Shown here in pieces: positions 9,295 through 22,010 of a DNA stretch of 34,065 nucleotides (its first letter is position 1; each line of letters opens with the position of its first letter). The stretch is from Malacoraja senta (taxonomy: Eukaryota): assembly GCA_038087875.1 (NCBI GenBank), contig JAXLNO010000634.1, forward strand, positions 1 through 34,065, given 5' to 3'. Both the position numbers and the translations under genes were made by a program. Below the pieces are notes generated by a model, which was given only the letters and a program-made list of their open reading frames with translations, searched no databases and was not told the DNA's origin.

Positions 9295-11940
9295 CGTATT
9301 TATGACGACTTTGCCGGAAATATGGCGACATTGTCGGATTTCTGGCGACCATGCCGGAAATATGGCGACCTTGCCAGATTTGTGGCGACGTTCCCGGATT
9401 TAGGGCGACCTTGTCGGAAATATGGCGACATTGTCGGGTTTGTGGCGACCTTGCCGGATTTATGCCGACTTTGCCGGCTTTATGTCGACCTTGCCGTAAA
9501 TATGGCGACCTTGCAGGATTTGTGGCGACCTTGCCGGATTTATGGCGGCCTTGCCGGAAATATGGCGTCCTCGCCGGATTTGTGGCGAACTTGCCGGAAA
9601 TATGGCGACCTCGCCGGATTTATGGCGTCCTTGCCAGATTTGTGGCGACATTGCCGGAAATATGGCGGCCTCGCGCATTTATGGCGACCTTGCCGGATTT
9701 ATGGCGACCTTGCCGGAAATATAGCGTCCTCGCCGGATTTGTGGCGAACTTGCCGGATTTATGGCGACCATGACGGAAATATGGCGACCTCCCCGGATTT
9801 GTGGCGATCTTGCCGGATTTATGGCGACCTTGCTGGAAATATGGCTACTTCGCCGGATTTGTGGCGACCTTGCAGATTTCTGGCTACCTTGCCGGAAATA
9901 TGGCGACCTTGCCGGATTTGTGGCGACCTTGCCGGATTTATGCCGCCCTTGCCGGATATATGGCGACTTCGCCGGATATATGGCGACCTTGCCAGAAATA
10001 TGGCGACCTTGCCGGATTTGTGGCGACCTCGCCGGATTTATGGCGACCTTGCCGGAAATAGGGCGACCTTGCCGAGTTTGTGGTGAACTTGCCGGATATA
10101 TGGCGATCTTGCCGGAAATATGGCGACCTTGACGGCTTTGTGGCGAACTTGCCGGATATATGGCGATCTTGCCGGAAATATGGCGACGTTGCCGGATTTC
10201 TCACGACGTTGCCGGATTTATGGAGACCTTGCCGGATTTATGGCGATCTTTCCGGATTTGTGGCGACCTTGCCGGATTTATGACGACTTTGCCGGAAATA
10301 TGGCGACATTGTCGGATTTCTGGTGACCATGCCGGAAATATGGCGACCTTGCCAGATTTGTGGCGACGTTCCCGGATTTAGGGCGACCTTGTCGGAAATA
10401 TGGCGACATTGTCGGGTTTGTGGCGACCTTGCCGGATTTATGCCGACTTTGCCGGCTTTATGTCGACCTTGCCGTAAATATGGCGACCTTGCAGGATTTG
10501 TGGCGACCTTGCCGGATTTATGGCGGCCTTGCCGGAAATATGGCGTCCTCGCCGGATTTGTGGCGAACTTGCCGGAAATATGGCGACCTCGCCGGATTTA
10601 TGGCGTCCTTGCCAGATTTGTGGCGACATTGCCGGAAATATGGCGGCCTCGCGCATTTATGGCGACCTTGCCGGATTTATGGCGACCTTGCCGGAAATAT
10701 AGCGTCCTCGCCGGATTTGTGGCGAACTTGCCGGATTTATGGCGACCATGACGGAAATATGGCGACCTCCCCGGATTTGTGGCGATCTTGCCGGATTTAT
10801 GGCGACCTTGCTGGAAATATGGCTACTTCGCCGGATTTGTGGCGACCTTGCAGATTTCTGGCTACCTTGCCGGAAATATGGCGACCTTGCCGGATTTGTG
10901 GCGACCTTGCCGGATTTATGCCGCCCTTGCCGGATATATGGCGACTTCGCCGGATATATGGCGACCTTGCCAGAAATATGGCGACCTTGCCGGATTTGTG
11001 GCGACCTCGCCGGATTTATGGCGACCTTGCCGGAAATAGGGCGACCTTGCCGAGTTTGTGGTGAACTTGCCGGATATATGGCGATCTTGCCGGAAATATG
11101 GCGACCTTGACGGCTTTGTGGCGAACTTGCCGGATATATGGCGATCTTGCCGGAAATATGGCGACGTTGCCGGATTTCTCACGACGTTGCCGGATTTATG
11201 GAGACCTTGCCGGATTTATGGCGATCTTCCGGATTTGTGGCGACCTTGCCGGATTTATGACGACTTTGCCGGAAATATGGCGACATTGTCGGATTTCTGG
11301 TGACCATGCCGGAAATATGGCGACCTTGCCAGATTTGTGGCGACGTTCCCGGATTTATGGCGACCTTGTCGGAAATATGGCGACATTGTCGGGTTTGTGG
11401 CGACCTTGCCGTATTTATGCCGGCTTTGCCGGCTTTATGGCGACCTTGCCGGATTTGTGGCGACCTTGCCGGATTTGTGGCGACCTTGCCGGATTTATGG
11501 CGGCCTTGCCGGAAATATGGCGTCCTCGCCGGATTTGTGGCGAACTTGCCGGAAATATGGCGACCTCGCCGGATTTATGGCGACCTTGCCAGATTTGTGG
11601 CGACATTGCCGGAAATATGGCGACCTCGCCGCATTTATGGCGACCTTGCCGGATTTATGGCGACCTTGCCGGAAATATGGCGTCCTCGCCGGATTTGTGG
11701 CGAACTTGCCGGATTTATGGCGACCATGACGGAAATTTGGCGACCTCCCCGGATTTGTGGCGATCTTGCCGGATTTATGGAGACCTTGCTGGAAATATGG
11801 CTACTTCGCCGGATTGTGGCGACCTTGCGGACTTCTGGCTACCTTGCCGGAAATATGGCGACCTTGCCGGATTTGTGGCGACCTTGGCCGGATTTATGCC
11901 GCCCTTGCCGGATATATGGCGACTTCGCCGGATATATGGC
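9295..11940. repeat. 978-bp higher-order repeat, two near-identical units plus a more diverged partial third
   Basis: ATAGCGTCC occurs at 9721/10699 and TCACGACGTT at about 10201/11179. Identical ORF translations recur at offset 978 (9460/10438, 9761/10739, 9938/10916). Confidence 0.9.
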
Positions 11941-13071
11941 GACCTTGCCGGAAATATGGCGACCTTGCCGGAAATATGGCGACCTCGCCGGATTTAATGC
12001 GACCTTGCCGGATAAATGGCGACCTTGCCGGACATATGGCGACCTCGCCGGATATATGGCGACCTTGCCGGAAATATGGCGACCTCGCCGGATTTATGGC
12101 GACCTCGCCGCATTTATGGTGACCTTGCCGGAAATATGGCGACCTTGCCGGAAATATGGCAACATCGCCGGATTGATGGCGACCTTGCCGGAAATATGGC
12201 GACCTCGCCGCATTTATGGCGACCTTGCCGGAAATATGGCGACCTTGCCGGAAATATGGCGACCATGCCGGGTTTGTGGCGACCTTGCCGGATATATGGC
12301 TACTATGACGGAATTATGGCGACCTTTCCGTATTTGTGGCGACATTGCCTGAAATATGGTGACCTCTCCGGAATTATGGCGACCTTGCAGGATTTGTGGC
12401 GAAGCCGCAAATATGGCGACCTCACCGGATTTATGACGACCTTGCCGGATTTATGGCGACCTTGCCAGAAATATGGCGACCTCGCCGGATATATGGCGAC
12501 CTTGCCAGAAATATGGCGACCTCGCCGGATTTATGGCGACCTTGCCGGAAATATGGCGACCTTGCCGTAAATATGTCGACCTTGCCGTTTTTCTGGCGAC
12601 CTTGCCGTAAATATGGCGACCTTGCCGGATTTGTGGCGACCTTGCCAGATTTATGGCGACCTTGCTGGAAATATGGCGACCTTGCCGGATTTGTGGCGAC
12701 CTTGCCGGATTTATGGCGACCTTGTCGAAAATATGGCGACCTTGCCGGGTTTGTGGCGACCTTGCCGGATATATGGCGATCTTGCTGGAAATATGGCGAT
12801 GTTGCCGGATTTCTGACGACCTTGCCGGATTTATGGCGACCTTGCCGGATTTATGGCGACCTTTCCGGATTTGCGGAGACCTTGCCGGAAATATGGCGAC
12901 ATCGTAGGATTTATGGCGACCTTAACAGACTTGTGGCGACCTTGCCGGAAATATGGCGACCTCGCCGCATTTATGGTGACCTTGCCGGATTTATGGCGAC
13001 CTTGCCGGAAATATGGCGTCCTCGCCGGATTTGTGTCGACCTTGCCGGATTTATGGCGACCTTGCCTGAAA

Positions 13072-16000
13072 TATGGCTACTTCGATGGATTTGTGGCGAC
13101 CTTGCCGGATTTATGGCGACCTTGCCGGAAATATGGCGAAATTGTCGGGTTTGTGGCGACCTTGCCGGATTTATGCCGACCTTGCCGGATTTGTGGCGAC
13201 CTTGCCGGATTTATGACGACTTTGCCGGTAATATGGCGACATTGTCGGATTTCTGGCGACCATGCCGGAAATATGGCGACCTTGCCAGATTTGTGGCGAC
13301 GTTCCCGGATTTATGGCGTCCTTGTCGGAAATATGGCGACATTGTCGGGTTTGTGGCGACCTTGCCGGATTTATGCCGACTTTGCCGGCTTTATGTCGAC
13401 CTTGCCGTAAATATGGCGACCTTGCAGGATTTGTGGCGACCTTGCCGGATTTATGGCGGCCTTGCCGGAAATATGGCGTCCTCGCCGGATTTGTGGCGAA
13501 CTTGCCGGAAATATGGCGACCTCGCCGGATTTATGGCGACCTTGCCAGATTTGTGGCGACATTGCCGGAAATATGGCGACCTCGCGCATTTATGGCGACC
13601 TTGCCGGATTTATGGCGACCTTGCCGGAAATATGGCGTCCTCGCCGGATTTGTGGCGAACTTGCCGGATTTATGCCGACCATGACGGAAATATGGCGACC
13701 TCCCCGGATTTGTGGCGTTCTTGCCGGATTTATGGCGACCTTGCTGGAAATATGGCTACTTCTCCGGATTTGTGGCGACCTTGCGGATTTCTGGCTACCT
13801 TGCCGGAAATATGGCGACCTTGCCGGATTTGTGGCGACCTTGCCGGATTTATGCCGCCATTGCCGGATATATGGCGACTTCGCCGGATATATGGCGACCT
13901 TGCCAGAAATATGGCGACCATGCCGGATTTGTGGCGACCTCGCCGGATTTATGGCGACCTTGCCGGAAATAGGGCGACCTTGCCGAGTTTGTGGTGAACT
14001 TGCCGGATATATGGCGATCTTGCCGGAAATATGGCGACCTTGACGGCTTTGTGGCGAACTTGCCGGATATATGGCGATCTTGCCGGAAATATGGCGACGT
14101 TGCCGGATTTCTCACGACGTTGCCGGATTTATGGAGACCTTGCCGGATTTATGGCGATCTTTCCGGATTTGTGGCGACCTTGCCGGATTTATGACGACTT
14201 TGCCGGAAATATGGCGACATTGTCGGATTTCTGGTGACCATGCCGGAAATATGGCGACCTTGCCAGATTTGTGGCGACGTTCCCGGATTTATGGCGACCT
14301 TGTCGGAAATATGGCGACATTGTCGGGTTTGTGGCGACCTTGCCGTATTTATGCCGGCTTTTCCGGCTTTATGTCGACCTTGCCGTAAATATGGCGACCT
14401 TGCCGGATTTGTGGCGACCTTGCCGGATTTATGGCGGCCTTGCCGGAAATATGGCGTCCTCGCCGGATTTGTGGCGAACTTGCCGGAAATATGGCGACCT
14501 TGCCGGATTTGTGGCGACCTCGCCGGATTTATGGCGACCTTGCCGGAAATAGGGCGACCTTGCCGAGTTTGTGGTGAACTTGCCGGATATATGGCGATCT
14601 TGCCGGAAATATGGCGACCTTGACGGCTTTGTGGCGAACTTGCCGGATATATGGCGATCTTGCCGGAAATATGGCGACGTTGCCGGATTTCTGACGACGT
14701 TGCCGGATTTATGGCGACCTTGCCGGATTTATGGCCATCTTTCCGGATTTGTGGCGACCTTGCCGGATTTATGACGACTTTGCCGGAAATATGGCGACAT
14801 TGTCGGATTTCTGGTGACCATGCCGGAAATATGGCGACCTTGCCAGATTTGTGGCGACGTCCCAGGATTTATGGCGACCTTGTCGGAAATATGGCGACAT
14901 TGTCGGGTTTGTGGCGACCTCGCCGCATTTATGGCGACCTTGCCGGATTTATGGCGACCTTGCCGGAAATATGGCGTCCTCGCCGGATTTGTGGCGAACT
15001 TGCCGGATTTATGGCGACCATGACGGAAATATGGCGACCTCCCCGGATTTGTGGCGATCTTGCCGGATTTATGGAGACCTTGCTTGAAATATGGCTACTT
15101 CGCCGGATTTGTGGCGACCTTGCGGATTTCTGGCTACCTTGCCGGAAATATGGCGACGTTGCCGGATTTGTGGCGACCTTGCCGGATTTATGCCGCCCTT
15201 GCCGGATATATGGCGACTTCGCCGGATATATGGCGACCTTGCCAGAAATATGGCGACCTTGCCGGATTTGTGGCGACCTCGCCGGATTTATGGCGACCTT
15301 GCCGGAAATAGGGCGACCTTGCCGAGTTTGTGGTGACCTTGCCGGATATATGGCGATCTTGCCGGAAATATGGCGACGTTGACGGCTTTGTGGCGAACTT
15401 GCCGGATATATGGCGATCTTGCCGGAAATATGGCGACGTTGCCGGATTTCTGACGACGTTGCCGGATTTATGGCGACCTTGCCGGATTTATGGCGATCTT
15501 TCCGGATTTGTGGCGACCTTGCCGGAATATGGCGACCTCGCCGGATTTGTGGCGACCTTGCCGGTAATATGGCTCCTTCGCCGGATTTGTGGCGACCTTG
15601 CGGATTTCTGGCTACCTTGCCGGAAATATGTCGACCTTGCCGGATTTGTGGAGACCTTGCCGGATATATGACGGCCTTGCCGGAAATATGGCGACATTGC
15701 CGGATTTGTAACGACGATGCCGGATTTATGGCGACCTTGCCGAAATGTTGCGACCTTGCCGGATTTGTGGCGACCTTGCCGGATTTATGTCGACCTTGCC
15801 GGAAATGTGGCAACCTTGCCGGATTTTTGGGACCTTGCTGGAATTATGGCGACCTTGCCGGTAATGTAGCGACCATGCCTGCTTTGTGGCGACCTTGCCG
15901 GATTTATGGCGACCTTGTCGGAAATATGGCGACCTTGCCGGATTTATGGCGACCTTGCCGGATTTGTGGCGAACTTGCAGGATTTATGGCGACTTTTCCG

Positions 16001-19000
16001 GAATTATGGCGACCTTGCCGGATTTATGGCGAACGCCGGAAATATGGCGACCTCGCCGGAATTATGGCGACCTTACCGGATTTATGGCGACCTTGCCGGA
16101 AATATGGCGACCTCGCTGGATTTATGGCGACCTTGCCGGAAGTATGGCGACTTTGCCTTTTTTATGGCGACCTTGCCGGAATTATGGCGCCCTGGCCGGA
16201 TTTGTGGCGACCTTGCCGGAAATATGGCGACCTTGCCGGATTTATGGCGACCTTGCCGGATTTGTGGCGACTTTACCGGAAATATGGCGACCTCGCCGGA
16301 TTTATGGCGGCCTTGCCGGATATATGGCGACCTTGCCGGAAATATGGCGACCTCGCCGAATTTGTGGCGAATTGCCGGAAATATGGCGACCTTGCCGGAA
16401 ATATGGCGACCTCGCCGGATTTATGGCGACCTTGCCGGAAATATGGCGACCTCGCCGGATTTATGGCGACCTTGCCGGAAATATGGCGACCTTGCTGGAC
16501 TTCTGTCGACCTTGCCGGATTTATGGCGACCTTGCCGGATTTGTGGCGACATTGCCGGAAATATGGCGACCTTGCCGGAAATATGGCGACCTCGCCGAAA
16601 TTATGGCGACCTTGCCGGATTTATGGCAACCTTGCCGGAAATATGGCGAGCTCGCCGGATATATGGCGACCTTACCGGACATATGGCCACCTCGCCGGAT
16701 TTATGGCGACCTTGCCGGATTTATGGCGACCTTGCCGGAAATATGGCGTCATCGCCGGATTTGTTGCGACCTTGCCGGATTTACGGCGACCTTGCCGGAA
16801 ATATGGCGACCTCGCCGAATTTGTGGCGAACTTGCCGGAAATATGGCGACCTTGCCGGAAATATGGCGTCCTCGCCGGATTTATGGCGACCATGCCGGAA
16901 ATATGGCGACCTCACCGGATTTATGGCGACCTTGCCGGAAATATGACGACCTTGCTGGACTTCTGTCGACGTTGCCGCATTAATGGCGACCTTGCCGGAT
17001 TTGTGGCGACCTTGCCGGATTTATGTCGACCTTGCCGGAAATGTGAAGACCTTGCCGGATTTCTGGGACCTTGCTGGAATTATGGCGACCTTGCCGGTAA
17101 TGTAGCGACCATGCCTGATTTGTGGCGACCTTGCCGGATTTATGGCGACCTTGCCGGAAATGTGGCAACCTTGCCGGATTTTTGGGACCTTGTTGGAATT
17201 ATGGCGACCTTGCCGGTAATGTAGCGACCATGCCTGATTTGTGGCGACCTTGCCGGATTTATGGCGACCTTGCCGGAAATGTGGCGACCTTGCCGGATTT
17301 GTGACGACCTTGCCGGGTCTATGACGACCTTGCCGGAAATGTGGCGACTTTGCCGGATTTAACGCGACCTTGCCGAATATATGGCTACCTTGATGGAAAT
17401 GTGGCGACCTTGCCGGATTTGAGGCAACCTTGCCAGATTTATGGCGACCTTGTCGGAAATATGGCGACCTTGCCGGATTTATGGCGACCTTGCCGGATTT
17501 GTGGCGAATTTGCAGGATTTATGGCGACTTTTCCGGGATTATGGCTACTTCGATGGATTTGTGGCGACCTTGCCGGATTTATGGCGACCTTGCCGGAAAT
17601 ATGGCGAAATTGTCGGGTTTGTGGCGACCTTGCCGGATTTATGCCGACCTTGCCGGATTTGTGGCGACCTTGCCGGATTTATGACGACTTTGCCGGTAAT
17701 ATGGCGACATTGTCGGATTTCTGGCGACCATGCCGGAAATATGGCGACCTTGCCAGATTTGTGGCGACGTTCCCGGATTTATGGCGTCCTTGTCGGAAAT
17801 ATGGCGACATTGTCGGGTTTGTGGCGACCTTGCCGGATTTATGCCGACTTTGCCGGCTTTATGTCGACCTTGCCGTAAATATGGCGACCTTGCAGGATTT
17901 GTGGCGACCTTGCCGGATTTATGGCGGCCTTGCCGGAAATATGGCGTCCTCGCCGGATTTGTGGCGAACTTGCCGGAAATATGGCGACCTCGCCGGATTT
18001 ATGGCGACCTTGCCAGATTTGTGGCGACATTGCCGGAAATATGGCGACCTCGCGCATTTATGGCGACCTTGCCGGATTTATGGCGACCTTGCCGGAAATA
18101 TGGCGTCCTCGCCGGATTTGTGGCGAACTTGCCGGATTTATGCCGACCATGACGGAAATATGGCGACCTCCCCGGATTTGTGGCGTTCTTGCCGGATTTA
18201 TGGCGACCTTGCTGGAAATATGGCTACTTCTCCGGATTTGTGGCGACCTTGCGGATTTCTGGCTACCTTGCCGGAAATATGGCGACCTTGCCGGATTTGT
18301 GGCGACCTTGCCGGATTTATGCCGCCATTGCCGGATATATGGCGACTTCGCCGGATATATGGCGACCTTGCCAGAAATATGGCGACCTTGCCGGATTTGT
18401 GGCGACCTCGCCGGATTTATGGCGACCTTGCCGGAAATAGGGCGACCTTGCCGAGTTTGTGGTGAACTTGCCGGATATATGGCGATCTTGCCGGAAATAT
18501 GGCGACCTTGACGGCTTTGTGGCGAACTTGCCGGATATATGGCGATCTTGCCGGAAATATGGCGACGTTGCCGGATTTCTCACGACGTTGCCGGATTTAT
18601 GGAGACCTTGCCGGATTTATGGCGATCTTTCCGGATTTGTGGCGACCTTGCCGGATTTATGACGACTTTGCCGGAAAATATGGCGACATTGTCGGATTTC
18701 TGGTGACCATGCCGGAAATATGGCGACCTTGCAGATTTGTGGCGACGTTCCCGGATTTATGGCGACCTTGTCGGAAATATGGCGACATTGTCGGGTTTGT
18801 GGCGACCTTGCCGTATTTATGCCGGCTTTTCCGGCTTTATGTCGACCTTGCCGTAAATATGGCGACCTTGCCGGATTTGTGGCGACCTTGCCGGATTTAT
18901 GGCGGCCTTGCCGGAAATATGGCGTCCTCGCCGGATTTGTGGCGAACTTGCCGGAAATATGGCGACCTTGCCGGATTTGTGGCGACCTCGCCGGATTTAT

Positions 19001-22000
19001 GGCGACCTTGCCGGAAATAGGGCGACCTTGCCGAGTTTGTGGTGAACTTGCCGGATATATGGCGATCTTGCCGGAAATATGGCGACCTTGACGGCTTTGT
19101 GGCGAACTTGCCGGATATATGGCGATCTTGCCGGAAATATGGCGACGTTGCCGGATTTCTGACGACGTTGCCGGATTTATGGCGACCTTGCCGGATTTAT
19201 GGCCATCTTTCCGGATTTGTGGCGACCTTGCCGGATTTATGACGACTTTGCCGGAAATATGGCGACATTGTCGGATTTCTGGTGACCATGCCGGAAATAT
19301 GGCGACCTTGCCAGATTTGTGGCGACGTCCCAGGATTTATGGCGACCTTGTCGGAAATATGGCGACATTGTCGGGTTTGTGGCGACCTCGCCGCATTTAT
19401 GGCGACCTTGCCGGATTTATGGCGACCTTGCCGGAAATATGGCGTCCTCGCCGGATTTGTGGCGAACTTGCCGGATTTATGGCGACCATGACGGAAATAT
19501 GGCGACCTCCCGGATTTGTGGCGATCTTGCCGGATTTATGGAGACCTTGCTTGAAATATGGCTACTTCGCCGGATTTGTGGCGACCTTGCGGATTTCTGG
19601 CTACCTTGCCGGAAATATGGCGACGTTGCCGGATTTGTGGCGACCTTGCCGGATTTATGCCGCCCTTGCCGGATATATGGCGACTTCGCCGGATATATGG
19701 CGACCTTGCCAGAAATATGGCGACCTTGCCGGATTTGTGGCGACCTCGCCGGATTTATGGCGACCTTGCCGGAAATAGGGCGACCTTGCCGAGTTTGTGG
19801 TGACCTTGCCGGATATATGGCGATCTTGCCGGAAATATGGCGACGTTGACGGCTTTGTGGCGAACTTGCCGGATATATGGCGATCTTGCCGGAAATATGG
19901 CGACGTTGCCGGATTTCTGACGACGTTGCCGGATTTATGGCGACCTTGCCGGATTTATGGCGATCTTTCCGGATTTGTGGCGACCTTGCCGGAATATGGC
20001 GACCTCGCCGGATTTGTGGCGACCTTGCCGGTAATATGGCTCCTTCGCCGGATTTGTGGCGACCTTGCGGATTTCTGGCTACCTTGCCGGAAATATGTCG
20101 ACCTTGCCGGATTTGTGGAGACCTTGCCGGATATATGACGGCCTTGCCGGAAATATGGCGACATTGCCGGATTTGTAACGACGATGCCGGATTTATGGCG
20201 ACCTTGCCGAAATGTTGCGACCTTGCCGGATTTGTGGCGACCTTGCCGGATTTATGTCGACCTTGCCGGAAATGTGGCAACCTTGCCGGATTTTTGGGAC
20301 CTTGCTGGAATTATGGCGACCTTGCCGGTAATGTAGCGACCATGCCTGCTTTGTGGCGACCTTGCCGGATTTATGGCGACCTTGTCGGAAATATGGCGAC
20401 CTTGCCGGATTTATGGCGACCTTGCCGGATTTGTGGCGAACTTGCAGGATTTATGGCGACTTTTCCGGAATTATGGCGACCTTGCCGGATTTATGGCGAA
20501 CGCCGGAAATATGGCGACCTCGCCGGAATTATGGCGACCTTACCGGATTTATGGCGACCTTGCCGGAAATATGGCGACCTCGCTGGATTTATGGCGACCT
20601 TGCCGGAAGTATGGCGACTTTGCCTTTTTTATGGCGACCTTGCCGGAATTATGGCGCCCTGGCCGGATTTGTGGCGACCTTGCCGGAAATATGGCGACCT
20701 TGCCGGATTTATGGCGACCTTGCCGGATTTGTGGCGACTTTACCGGAAATATGGCGACCTCGCCGGATTTTATGGCGGCCTTGCCGGATATATGGCGACC
20801 TTGCCGGAAATATGGCGACCTCGCCGAATTTGTGGCGAATTGCCGGAAATATGGCGACCTTGCCGGAAATATGCGACCTCGCCGGATTTATGGCGACCTT
20901 GCCGGAAATATGGCGACCTCGCCGGATTTATGGCGACCTTGCCGGAAATATGGCGACCTTGCTGGACTTCTGTCGACCTTGCCGGATTTATGGCGACCTT
21001 GCCGGATTTGTGGCGACATTGCCGGAAATATGGCGACCTTGCCGGAAATATGGCGACCTCGCCGAAATGATGGCGACCTTGCCGGATTTATGGCAACCTT
21101 GCCGGAAATATGGCGAGCTCGCCGGATATATGGCGACCTTACCGGACATATGGCCACCTCGCCGGATTTATGGCGACCTTGCCGGATTTATGGCGACCTT
21201 GCCGGAAATATGGCGTCATCGCCGGATTTGTTGCGACCTTGCCGGATTTACGGCGACCTTGCCGGAAATATGGCGACCTCGCCGAATTTGTGGCGAACTT
21301 GCCGGAAATATGGCGACCTTGCCGGAAAATATGGCGTCCTCGCCGGATTTATGGCGACCATGCCGGAAATATGGCGACCTCACCGGATTTATGGCGACCT
21401 TGCCGGAAATATGACGACCTTGCTGGACTTCTGTCGACGTTGCCGCATTAATGGCGACCTTGCCGGATTTGTGGCGACCTTGCCGGATTTATGTCGACCT
21501 TGCCGGAAATGTGAAGACCTTGCCGGATTTCTGGGACCTTGCTGGAATTATGGCGACCTTGCCGGTAATGTAGCGACCATGCCTGATTTGTGGCGACCTT
21601 GCCGGATTTTATGGCGACCTTGCCGGAAATGTGGCAACCTTGCCGGATTTTTGGGACCTTGTTGGAATTATGCGACCTTGCCGGTAATGTAGCGACCATG
21701 CCTGATTTGTGGCGACCTTGCCGGATTTATGGCGACCTTGCCGGAAATGTGGCGACCTTGCCGGATTTGTGACGACCTTGCCGGGTCTATGACGACCTTG
21801 CCGGAAATGTGGCGACTTTGCCGGATTTAACGCGACCTTGCCGAATATATGGCTACCTTGATGGAAATGTGGCGACCTTGCCGGATTTGAGGCAACCTTG
21901 CCAGATTTATGGCGACCTTGTCGGAAATATGGCGACCTTGCCGGATTTATGGCGACCTTGCCGGATTTGTGGCGAATTTGCAGGATTTATGGCGACTTTT

Positions 22001-22010
22001 CCGGGATTAT
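13072..22010. repeat. 4468-bp tandem duplication (units about 13072-17539 and 17540-22007)
   Basis: TATGGCTACTTCGATGG occurs at 13072 and 17540, and GGGTCTATGACGACC at 17315 and 21783. Matching ORF translations recur at offset 4467-4468 throughout. Confidence 0.9.

Larger units (their letters stand above)
2141..9477. repeat. ~3.65-kb tandem duplication of satellite plus LINE (units about 2141-5790 and 5791-9477)
   Basis: GATCATGTCG occurs at 2151 and 5801, the LINE at offset 3649, and the shortened monomer GGCGAAGCCGCAAATAT at 4821 and 8470. Unit 2 has a 1-bp deletion (about 6473), a 40-bp gain (about 8571-8610) and a 3-bp deletion (about 8966). Confidence 0.93.
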
